Shown piece by piece: positions 24,203-35,178 of a stretch of 64,000 nucleotides of DNA. The first letter of the stretch is position 1. Every line of letters starts with the position of its first letter. Origin of the DNA: Octopus sinensis (taxonomy: Eukaryota); NCBI RefSeq assembly GCF_006345805.1, contig NW_021824847.1:1-64000 (forward strand), written 5' to 3'. The translations under genes and the position numbers were made by a program. Below the pieces are notes generated by a model, which worked only from the letters and a program-made list of their open reading frames with translations, did no database searches and had not been told where the DNA came from.

Positions 24203-26296
24203 GTGCATAACTGTCATACAATGGAGGCACATGGCCTAGTGGTTAGAGCAGCGGACTTGCGGTCGAGGGATCGCAGGTTCGAATCTCAGACCAGGCAATG
24301 TGTGTGTTTATGAGCGAAACACCTAAGCTCCACGTGGCCCCGAGAAGGAACAAACAACTGTCATACAAGCAAAGTTTGTTTCCAGTTTCTGTGAAAAACA
24401 TGTCCACCTCTGAGAAAATGCTACCTTCCTTGGAAACAGGTGAGGATTGGTGACAGGGAGGGTACCTAAGCATACAAACCCTTTCTCAACAAAATCAGTC
24501 TGACTCATGCAAGCATGGAAAAGTGCATCTTAAATTATATTCTATAACCAAAGCAATCAAAATCAAAGTGAAATTCGATGACGGGCATGAGCACCATACG
24601 AGCGTGATCGTTGACAGAGCAGCTAACCGGCTTCTGTGCCAGTGGCACATAAAAGGCACCATTCGAGTGTTATCATTACCAGCTTTGCCTCACTGGCACC
24701 TGTGCCCCGTGCTAGTAGGGTGCTAAGAGCACCATCTGAATGTGATCGTTGCCAGAGCAGCTAACTGGCTTCCGTGCCGGTGGCATGTAAGAGGCACCAT
24801 TCGAGCGTGATTGTTACCAGCATTGCCTTACTGGCACTGTGCCAGTGGCATGTGTAAAAAGATTTCAGCAAGGCCGTTGCCAGTACTGCCTGAGTGGACC
24901 CTGTGCCGGTGGCATGTAAAAGCACCCACTACACTCTCGGAGTGGTTGGCATTAGGAAGGGCATCAAGCTGTAGAAACTCTGCCAGATCAAGACTGGAGC
25001 CTGGTGCAGCCATCTGGTTCGCCAGCCCTCAGTCATTCGTCCAACCCATGCTAGCATGGAAAGCGGACGTTAAACAATGATGATGATGAAAGCAATCTAA
25101 ATGGTGGAATAAATTGTATGAATGTTGCATTTTGGGCAGGTCCCTTAATTGGAAAAAAATGCATGTTAACCAGCGTTAGTGGACAAACTGGGAGTTATGA
25201 GAGACCCACACTAATTTCTTCATATTCTAATATTACCCTGTTCTATAAACAGTTTTCCAGTTGTAATGTTCTTCTTATTTCTTTATTACCCACAAGGGGC
25301 TAAACAAGGACAGACAAAAGGATTAAGTCGATTAGATCGACCCCAGTGCGTAACTGGTACTTAATTTATCGACCCCGAAAGGATGAAAGGCAAAGTCGAC
25401 CTTGGCAGAATTTGAAGACTGCCTAAAATGGTTTGGTCACACAAATTGTCTCCAGCACTGATTTCTCTCTTTTAAGTCTGTTATTTATTGTATCAATCTC
25501 TTTTGTCAATCCTCTAAATCATGGGGACATAGAGAAACCAGCACCAGTAGTCAAATGGTTAGTGGGCAGGGAACAAACACAATCACACACACACACATAT
25601 CATTTAAGGTCTCCTTTCCATGCTGGCATGGGTTTGGCAGAGAGCTGCACCAGGCCCCAACTGGTAGTTTTGGCTAGGTTTCTACAGCTGGATGCCCTTC
25701 CTAACACCAACCACTGTACAGAGTGAATAGGGTGCTTTTTATATGGCCCAGGCACAGGCGTTTTCTATGTGACACTGGCATGGGTGATTTTGATAAGGCA
25801 CAACTTTCCACACAGCTTTCATTTACCAAATTCTCTCACAAGGCACTGGTTGGCCTGTAGTTATAATAGTAGAAGACACTTGCCCATGGTACAACACAGA
25901 GGGACAAAACTTAAAATCATGTGCTAGCAAAGTGAGTTTCTTAACCCTTTAGTCTTTAAACCGGCCACATCCAGCCAAAATATTCTACCTGTTTTATGTT
26001 CAAACTGGCCAAATGTGGCCCCTCACACCTGTTCTACAATGTCATTCTAAAATTTAATAGTTACCTCATAAAAATTTCAAAACTATCAGACAATACAGGA
26101 TTAATTCAGAACAATGATAATAAATAAATGATACATTAGACAAGATAATCTGAATGCTAAAAGGTTAAGCACTCGGTCAAGCCCCTAACCACTCAGATAC
26201 AATACTTTTGATCTGTAAATGATTCACTGAAGAAGTATGATAAACCCTAAACAGATAGTAATAACAACCAAATAGAAAAATTGCCTCCATACTTAC

Positions 26297-26392
26297 TAAA
26301 TGATGGAAGGACACTTCTTAATTTTAAATCGTTCGACTAATTTAGGATTGGAATTCATCTGTATTTTGGCAATGTTCAGAGTGTGGTGCATT
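26297..26392 (-). CDS. Thioredoxin-domain protein, exon 6
   Basis: TTACAG acceptor, TA|GTAAGT donor. 96 nt, phase 2/2: (R)MHHTLNIAKIQMNSNPKLVERFKIKKCPSII, with the RF.I...P cis-Pro motif. Confidence 0.93.
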
Positions 26393-26462
26393 CTGTAAGT
26401 AAAAGAAAATAACTTTCAAATCATATGACTATGTTTGTATGTCTGATTGCATATGTGTGATG

Positions 26463-26610
26463 AAATAATAATGATAATAATAATAATGATAATAATGATA
26501 ATAATGATAATAATAATAATAATAATAATGATAATAATAATGATAATAATAATAATATAATAATAATAATAATAATAACAATGGTGATAATAATAATAAT
26601 GATAATGATG

Positions 26611-26644
<34 letters not shown>

Positions 26645-26739
26645 TAATAATAATAATAATAATGATAATAATAATAATAATAATGATAATAATAATGATA
26701 ATAATAATAATAATAATGATAATAATAATAATAATAATG

Positions 26740-26773
<34 letters not shown>

Positions 26774-26873
26774 TAATAATGATAATAATAATAATAATAA
26801 TGATAATAATAATAATAATGATAATAATAATAATAATAGTAATAATGATAATAATAATGATAATAATAATAAT
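26463..26873. repeat. (AAT/GAT)n microsatellite, ~410 bp
   Basis: Direct reading; source of the poly-Ile, poly-Tyr and poly-Leu ORFs. Confidence 0.97.
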
Positions 26874-27396
26874 AGAAAAAAGATGGTATAAGCACACACC
26901 AGGAAAGGTCACAGAAAACGAGAAAGCAACCATACACTGGGATATGCCAATACACACAGAGATAGAGAAATTAAGGCCAACAGGCCAGATATAGTTGTCA
27001 GAGATCATGAAGAAAAAAAATGCTTTCTAATTGATGTATCAATACCGGCATATGACAACGGTTCTCTAAAAGAAATGGAGAAACTTTCAAAATACAAAGA
27101 TCTGGAAATAGAGGTAACTAGAATGTGGAATCTAAAAACAGAAACAATTCCTATCATAGTAGGTGCATTAGGTATGATTAAAAAACCTTCAGACAAATAC
27201 ATAACAAAAACACCAGGACTTAAAAACACATATAACATACAGAAAATTGCACCAATGGGCACTGCACACATCCTACACAAAACACTTTCAATACAGTAAC
27301 CATCAGAGCATCACAACAAATCACAGCACATACCCAAGGCACACAGAGCTGCGCTCGGTAGTGAAGTGAAAGCATGCTATAAAAATAAAACTACTG
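26874..27396 (+). mobile_element. R4/Dong-like non-LTR retrotransposon 3' end (restriction-like endonuclease domain)
   Basis: WYKHTPGKVTENEKATIHWDMPIHT/DREIKANRPDIVVRDHEEKKCFLIDVSIP...KLSKYKDL...IPIIVGALG, 5'-truncated, flanked by (TAA)n on both sides. Confidence 0.88.
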
Positions 27397-27414
27397 AATA
27401 ATAATAATAATAAA

Positions 27415-27925
27415 TGCCCTGATGCAGTACCAGGCAGTGGCTCTCATGGCTTCTGATCTTAACTGATTGGAAGTGTTATCAAGTACATTGTTTTGTCTTG
27501 GTATAAAAGATGGGCTACAGCAAATATTCTGCTCAATACCACAGATTTGCTTGTCAGTTGTTTGACCTTAACCAGTTGAGCATGTCCCTTAGTGGCTGAC
27601 GATATGTGCATCTCTGATCACGAGCAGAAGTAGTGGGGGAGCATCATAGCCATGTGTTGAGATGAATTCTTTGGGGTTTGAATAATTCACCTCTGGAAAC
27701 ATGGGTGGTTCTTTCAATCATCCTTAAACAACCCTTATTCAGGGACCTTTTGAGCAGGATGGGTTACTCGACCAGAAGAAAATTCTAACTGGGCCCCACC
27801 TGCAAGGTCATGTGCTGTTTATCTTGATAAGAGATCACCATGTCGCGCACATATGGTTGTGATGCATGTGCCTGGTGTACCCTTATCAGACAGGTAGTCA
27901 TGATGGGTATATTGGGCTTCATATA
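27415..27925. repeat. Unclassified interspersed repeat (second partial copy at ~54820-54990)
   Basis: Shared segment TAGCAAATATTCTGYTCAATACCACAGATTTGCT...CCCTTAGTGGCTGAC...ATAGCCATGTGTTG in both places. Confidence 0.7.
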
Positions 27926-28129
27926 TTTTACTTGTTTCAGTCATTTGACTGCGGGCATGCTGGAGCACCGCCTTTAGTCGAGCAAATCGACCCCGGGACT
28001 TATTCTTTGTAAGCCCAGTACTTATTCTATCGGTCTCTTTTGCCGAACCACTAAGTGACGGGGACATAAACACACCAGCATCGATTGTCAAGCAATGCTA
28101 GAGGGACAAACACAGACACACAAACATAT

Positions 28130-28182
<53 letters not shown>

Positions 28183-28650
28183 TATGACAGGCTTCTTTCA
28201 GTTTCTGTCTACCAAATTCACTCACAAGGTATTGGTCAGCCCGGGGTTATAGCAGAAGACAGTTGCCCAAGATTCCACGCAGTGGGACCGAACCCGGAAC
28301 CATGTGGTTGGTTAGCAAGCTACTTACCACACAGCCACTCCTGCGCCTATTCTCTGTTCATTAATTTTACATGTACGGCAAAGTCTGTGCTTCACTAAAA
28401 AGGGCTAATAAGACCAAAACTTGCCTGGAGTTTTCTCCCCTACTTACTAAAATTATTGATATAATATTAGTTATTTAACTATTGTTAACTTTTTCTTGTG
28501 GTATAATTATTTCAGATTAATTAATCAATTTTTGTCCTGTCGCACGTTCTATTAAATATGATAATATACACACAATTATGCAAAATAGGTCACCTTAATG
28601 AAGTACATTTGACAAAATATAATTTGTGGGGAGAAAATGAAAATGCTTAC

Positions 28651-28707
28651 CTCACTGCAACAGCTTCCATTGTTGCCATGGCAATTAATCCACAGCCTGG
28701 CTTGTAA
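28651..28707 (-). CDS. Thioredoxin-domain protein, exon 5
   Basis: TTGCAG acceptor, AG|GTAAGC donor. 57 nt, phase 2/2: (F)YKPGCGLIAMATMEAVAV, the active-site region with a single Cys. Confidence 0.92.
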
Positions 28708-29521
28708 CTGCAATGATAGAAACAGACATTTTGACAATTATACAGAACACAATCAGTAATGATAATTAGAAAAAGCACACACAAGCACACACCTATTCTA
28801 GCACAAACATATAGCACAAAATATAAGGTGGCGAGCTGGTAGAAACGTTAGCATGTCGGGCGAAATTCGTAGCCATATTTCATCTGTCGTTACGTTCCGA
28901 GTTCAAATTCCGCCGAGGTCAACTTTGCCTTTCATCCTTTCGGGGTCGATAAATTAAGTACCAGTTACGCACTGGGGTCGATGTTATCGACTTAATCCCT
29001 TTGTCTGTCCTTGTTTGTCCCCTCTGTGTTTAGCCCCTTGTGGGTAGTAAAGAAATATATTCTAGCACAAACAGTAAGTGGAGGTGCAATGGCCCAGTGG
29101 TTAGGGCAGCGGACTCGCGGTCGAAGGATCGCGGTTTCAATTCCCAGACCGGGCGTTGTGTGTGTTTATTGAGCGAAAACACATAAAGCTCCACGAGGCT
29201 CCGGCAGGGGGTGGTGGCGCCCCCTGTTGTACTCTTTCGCCACAACTTTCTCTCACTCTTTCTTCGTGTTTCTTGTCCCCGACTTCCTACGCAACCGCTG
29301 AGCCTGGATGCGCATTCATCCATCCATCGATGCTCTCTGTGTCGGGGGGTTGACCTGTTTTCTCTTGTGCGGGTCTTACGAATAGCAAAGGACCATGTTT
29401 CGGACTTCTCCCACAGATGGGACGAAGACCACTTCGCTCAACAAACAAACAGAAATACATACATACTTTGAAGAAACTTAATAACAACAACAACAACATC
29501 AACAACGACCAAACAACTTAC

Positions 29522-29663
29522 AACAACACCAGCCAGTCACCAGTGGTGGCTCCAGTTGAGGCTTGAGTCAAATGTTCGAAATTGTTTTCATTCAAAACCT
29601 TCATTGCTTCCTTCTGAGCAGCTTCCAACCATTCAGCAACATCTCCTGCATCTATAGTGTTAC
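29522..29663 (-). CDS. Thioredoxin-domain protein, exon 4
   Basis: TTTTTAG acceptor, TT|GTAAGT donor. 142 nt, phase 1/2: (G)NTIDAGDVAEWLEAAQKEAMKVLNENNFEHLTQASTGATTGDWLVL, start of second Trx domain. Confidence 0.95.
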
Positions 29664-29757
29664 CTAAAAAGAGAGAGGAAACCCGTCTTGTGTGACTGAG
29701 GGCTTGAGGAATGCGAAGATGTATGCACAATAAGCATTATCATCGGCGTCATCTTAA

Positions 29758-31065
29758 CCCTTTCGTTACCAACCCGGCCGAAACCGGCTCTGGTTCTGAA
29801 TACAAATGTCTTGTTTTCATAAGTTTTTAGTTAAAATCTTCCGCCATACCTTAGTCACAATTTATGTTCCAAACACTAGGTTAATGGTAACTAAGTTATT
29901 TTACTAAATTCTTTATTATGTTTAAAGTAATTGAAGGAAACACAGAGCATCTTAACCCTTTCATTACCAAACCGCCCAAAGCCGCCCGAAAAAAATTTTG
30001 GTTAATGTGACCAAACCGCCCAAAGCCTCCCGAATTTACCTATTCATATTTAAATGAGAATATCAGAGCAAATCTCTTTAGTACATTCGTAAAAACACGT
30101 GATTATGCTTCGTAAACAATTCATCTACAGTTTTGTACAACGATCGACGTGTAATTTTAATTCCCTGAATTTTGGGAGATTTTTTTCCACATTTTTTTCA
30201 GCATCGATTTTTCTTCAACTTTGAAAATGGATAGGAGTTTCATGTTATCAAGCATTGATTCCGAACTGGAAAATATGTGAAACAAATACTGGGTACTGTT
30301 GTGGATTTAGTTTTTATACAGGGAAACTAATGTTAGTCAGCATGGCTTAGGGTATGATGTGGTCTGGAAATTATTGTTTGAAGCAATCAATGTGGAAACA
30401 AACTTACGCAGATTGTAAACAAACACAAAATGGGGGTTCAAATTTCGGAAAATTTGTGAAGCAAATACTGGGTACTGCATGGATTTAGTTTTTATACAGG
30501 GAAAATAATGTTAGTCAGCATGGCCTAGGGAACGATGTGGTCTGGAATTTATCACTTCCATACCATAACCAGGGCCGTATATTATTTTTTGACCGATTTC
30601 TTCAGTTCGGTCAAACTTGCAGTGGATTCCAGTATTTCACTTTATTCCACCTTTATGGTACACCTGTTGTGCATTAAATTCAACTGATGATATAGTGATG
30701 TGCACAATTCTTCTTTATCAAAATTTTGTTGCATACCCATTTGAATATTAGTTGATGATTCATTTTCTATAGTGATGTTTAAACAAAATTTTAATATTTT
30801 TACCTTTTGCTCAATTTACCTGGATTTACCTGTAATTAAAGTCACTTTGAGACAAAAGTTATGCAATAGAATTGATTAAGTACCCTTTCTTTAATTATGT
30901 TCCAAATATCACATTAATATGTTGATAAGTAAAAAAGTTACAGTTATTTAATGAAACAAGCCTAAATTCATGATTATTTTAGAATTTAATTGAAACTCAT
31001 GAGGGGTGTATTTTGATCAAAAATATAGTAACAAAAGGGTTAAAATAAATACAGTAACAAAAGGG
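29758..31065. mobile_element. piggyBac-type MITE with a 1084-bp piggyBac derivative (29956-31039) nested in its internal TTAA
   Basis: TTAA|CCCTTT...AAAGGG|TTAA at both levels. Uninterrupted short copies lie at 35770-35989 and 36089-36309; a related TTAA MITE family lies at ~16286-16763 and ~25943-26164. Confidence 0.85.
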
Positions 31066-32469
31066 TTAATAACTGCTTCAAGCCACATGTATGGATCATC
31101 ATCACCATCACCACCATCTTTGTCCTCATCATCACTATCACTGTCATCATCATCATCGTTTAACATCTGGTCTCCATGCTGGCATGGAAAGGGCCAGCAG
31201 GGTGCTGTCTGGACTCCAACTCTCACTCTTTTGGCCTGCTCGCTTAGCCAGCGGGGTGGCATCATTTGAAGGCTAAAACAGTGCGAAGCACATTGTGACC
31301 AGCGATGTGTAGCAATGTCTGATAGTCTGGTTGGTCACGTGATATATATATCTTTATATATAAAAGTGAGGTTGTGCGTCTGTCTGTCTCCTATGATTTA
31401 GATTCCTAACTACTCCCACATTTTGCGGTGCAGTTTAACCAAAAGCGGGTATCTTATAGTCGTGATTCATATCGAGCCCTTCTGGGTATTAGCGCGCGTC
31501 TACGATGAGTCAACAATTTAAAAAAAATTTACCATCAATTTTTCCCATTTTTAATGCATTTTTGGCATATATAAGGGAAGTAACTCTCTAAAAATTTATT
31601 ATTAAATCTCAAAACATAAAAAGCTACAGTAACACCACCCCCCTTTGTGGTTAGCCATATTGAGATGGCTATTATACTTTACATCTCTAAAAATGCTTAT
31701 ATAGTTATTTCCCTTACAAACCCGAACAACGCCGGGCGATACTGCTAGTATATATATATATATATATATCTATATATAGACAGACATGCATGCACACACA
31801 GAAATTTGCATATACAGATAGAGAGAGAAGGAAAACATTACAGTGTATTGATTGGACACAATTGACATAAGCTCTTTCCATCTTGTATGAATAAAACAAA
31901 ATATACTCGCACACATAAAGGGAAAGAGAGAGAAAAAGAGAGAGAGGCGCAGGAGTGGCTGTGTGGTAACTAGCTTGCTAACCAGCCAGATGGTTCCGGG
32001 TTCAGTCCCACTGCGTGACACCTTGGGCAAGTGTCTTCTGCTATAGCCCTGGGCCAACCAATGCCTTGTGAGTGGATTTGGTAGACGGAAACTGAAAGAA
32101 GCCCGTCGTATATATGTATATATATATGTATGTGTGTGTATGTGTTTGTGTGTCTGTGTTTGTCCCCTTAGCATTGCTTGACAACCGATGCTGGTGTGTT
32201 TACGTCCCCGTCACTTAGCAGTTCGGCAAAAGAGACCGATAGAATAAGTACTGGGCTTACAGAGAATAAGTCCCAGGGTCGAGTTGCTCGACTTAAGGCG
32301 GTGCTCCAGCATGGCCGCAGTCAAATGACTTAAACAAGTAAAAGAGTAAAAACAGAGAGAGAGAGAGAAAGAGAGAGAAACATTGAAACATTTGTTGTCA
32401 AATCAACAACACCAAACATAGGATGCATAAAGAACAGAGCCAAAGTATCTTCTACCTGTTGTTACCTAC

Positions 32470-32577
32470 CGTCATATACTATGGGAGACTTCTGTCTGAA
32501 GAACACTAATGCTGGTATTACCTTCACACCATATTTGTCACCGAACGTTTGGCTTTGCAATTTCCCATAACGACAGT
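32470..32577 (-). CDS. Thioredoxin-domain protein, exon 3
   Basis: TTCCAG acceptor, G|GTAGGT donor. 108 nt, phase 1/1: (D)CRYGKLQSQTFGDKYGVKVIPALVFFRQKSPIVYD, a typical Trx-fold YGV..IP.LVFFR..P.VYDG segment. Confidence 0.93.
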
Positions 32578-33305
32578 CTGGAAGTAGAGAGAAGAGATAG
32601 AAGTGAGAAACTGACAAACAGGTTTCGTTGGTTGTGAAATCATCATCATCATCATCATTTAGCGTCCGCTTTCCATGCTAGCATGGGTTGGACAGTTCAA
32701 CTGGGGTCTGTGAAGCCGGAAGGCTGCATCAGGCCCAGTCAGATCTGGCAGTGTTTCTACGGCTGGATGCCCTTCCTAACGCCAACCACTCCGTGAGTGT
32801 AGTGGGTGCCTTTTACGTGCCACCTGCACAGGTGCCAGACAGAGCTGGCAAACGGCCACGAACGGATGGTGCTTTTACGTGCCACCGGCACGGGGGCCAG
32901 GTGAGGCTGGCAACGGACACGAACGGCTGGTGCTGTTACGTGCCACCGGCATGAGGCCAGTCAGGGCGGCGCTGGCAACGGTCACGAATGGATGGTTCTC
33001 TTACGTGCCACTGGCACTGGTAACTCATCTGCAATTTCCATTGATCGATTTCGATTCTGATCCTCTGAAATGCTAGCTTTTATGTATAACAGATTATAAG
33101 CAATAATAAATCTCTGAACGAGGTATACACAGTAACTGCACGACAATGTGAAGTATATTTACCACTTAAATGTGGCTGACCACTAAGGGTGGATGTTACT
33201 GTAGCTTGTAGCCCCAGGAGAACATCTTCTCCAGCTGGCTATAGGCACAATTTCTGTGACCTATCGGCATTTGCAAAGGGAGGTCATCCATCCCTCGTCA
33301 ACCTA

Positions 33306-33366
33306 AGTGATACGCACGGACTGCAGTTTCTGGGTATTGACCCGTCATCAGCGCACGACAATCACT
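33306..33366 (-). ncRNA. Type I hammerhead ribozyme (unit A of intronic element)
   Basis: - strand: AGTGAT TGT CGTGCG CTGATGA C GGGT CAAT ACCC A GAAAC TGCA GTC CGTGCG T ATCACT. Stem I is 6 bp + internal loop + 6 bp, stem III is the palindrome ACTGCAGT, GUC cut between 33319 and 33318. C.A mismatch at 10.1-11.1. Confidence 0.88.
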
Positions 33367-33660
33367 GGTTTTCGATGGAAGGGTCCCAATGCAAATATTT
33401 ATATCCTTTTTCCAGTGATTTTTCGTGACTGATCTTGAAAAAGTGTATACAAGCAATAATAAATCTCTGAACAAGGTATAGACATTAACTGCACGACAAT
33501 GTGAAGTACATTTGCCATCTAAATATGGCTAACCACTAAGGGTGGATGTTACTGTAGCTTGTAGCCCCAGGAGAACATCTTCTCCAGCTGGCTATTGACA
33601 CACTTTCTGTGCCCTATCGATATTTGCAAAGGGAGGTCATCCTTCCCATTGTCAATCTAC

Positions 33661-33719
33661 GTGATATGGCCAAACACGAGTTTCTGGGTATTGACCCGTC
33701 ATCAGTTCACGGCAATCAC
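33661..33719 (-). ncRNA. Second hammerhead copy (unit B) with mismatched proximal stem I
   Basis: CTGATGA, stem II, GAAAC-TCGT-GTT core are present 354 nt from unit A, but GTGAA does not pair with TGGCC; probably impaired. Confidence 0.6.
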
Positions 33720-34287
33720 CGGTTTTCGAGTTTCTGGGTATTGACTCGTCATCAGCTCACGGCAATCACCAGTTTTCGAGTTTCTGGGTATTGACCCGTC
33801 ATCAGCGCACGGCAATCACCGGTTTTCGAGTTTCTGGGTATTGACCCGTCATCAGCACATGGCAATCATCGGTTTTCGAGTTTTGGGTATTGACCCGTCA
33901 TCAGCTCACGGCAATCACCGGTTTTCGAGTTTCTGGGTATTGACCCGTCATCAGCGCACGGCAATCACCGGTTTTCAAGTTTCTGGGTATTGACCCGTCA
34001 TCAGCGCACGGCAATCACCGGTTTTCAAGTTTCTGGGTATTGACCCGTCATCAGCGCACGGCAATCACCGGTTTTCAAGTTTCTGGGTATTGACCCGTCA
34101 TCAGCGCACGGCAATCGCCGGTTTTCGAGTTTCTGGGTATTGACCCGTCATCAGCGCACGGCAATCACCGGTTTTCGAGTTTCTGGGTATTGACCCGTCA
34201 TCAGCGCATGGCAATCACCGGTTTTTGAGTTTCTGGGTATTGACCCGTCATCAGCGCACGGCAATCACCGGTTTCCGAGTTTCTAGG
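33678..34287 (-). repeat. Tandem array of 12 x 50-bp half-hammerhead units
   Basis: Unit (+) GAGTTTCTGGGTATTGACCCGTCATCAGCGCACGGCAATCACCGGTTTTC starts at 33678, 33728, 33778, 33828, 33878, 33927, 33977, 34027, 34077, 34127, 34177, 34227, with a partial unit at 34277. Confidence 0.97.
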
Positions 34288-34681
34288 TACAATAACATCC
34301 ACCCTTAGCGGTTAGCCGTATTTGGATGGCAAATATACTTCAGATTATACACAATTTGAAAGAAACAAATACATAAAGCAGGAGGGCAAATACATATAAC
34401 AGTAGTGTGGAGCAAACGAGAAGACAACATCGATAGAAACATGTGGTACATCATCATCATCACCATCTATTTTCCATGCTGGAGTGGCATGGATGGCTTG
34501 ACAGCAGCTGGTCAGCCAGAGCGTTGCACCAAGCACCGATTGCCTGGGTCCTTTTCCTAATGCCAACCACTTTACAGAGTGCACCAGAGGATATCCTTGT
34601 TGCTTATTTTGATTTTTATCCCCTTATTTCGAAATTGTACTAAATTCTGGTGCCTCAACTTAAGTACCATATTCATCTGAA

Positions 34682-34721
<40 letters not shown>

Positions 34722-35131
34722 TCTTTTCTCTTTTACTGGTTTCAGTCATTTGACTGCGGCCATGCTGGAGCACCGCCTTTAATCGAGCAACTCGACCCCG
34801 GGACTTATTCCTTTGTAAGCCCAGTACTTATTCTATCGGTCTCTTTTGCCGAAATGCTAAGTAACAGGGACATAAACACACCAGTATCGGTTGTCAAGCA
34901 ATGATAGGGGGACAAACACAGACACACAAACGCATATATATATATATATACATATATATATACATATATACGACAGGCTTCTTTTAGTTTCCGTCTACCA
35001 AATCCACTCACAAGGCTTTGGTCGGCCCGAAGCTATAGTAGAAGACACTTGTCCAAGGTGCCGCACAGTGGGACTGAACCCGGAACCATGTGGTTGGTAA
35101 GCAAGCTACTTACCACACAGCCACTCCTGCA

Positions 35132-35178
<47 letters not shown>

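Larger units (their letters stand above)
33099..34340 (-). mobile_element. Retrozyme-like HHR element (353-nt unit x ~1.8, 50-bp array, short inverted end)
   Basis: Units start at 33098 and 33451. Direct repeat CAGATTATA at 33090-33098 and 34341-34349 is a candidate TSD. 34285-34340 is an inverted copy of the unit-internal segment at ~33503-33558. Confidence 0.78.

Noticed and set aside
26416-27008. Poly-Y, poly-I and poly-L ORFs
   Set aside because: (AAT)n microsatellite; only the part after 26874 is real (retrotransposon remnant).
33678-34287. CRISPR-like array
   Set aside because: Units are contiguous near-identical 50-mers with no unique spacers, there are no cas genes and the context is eukaryotic.
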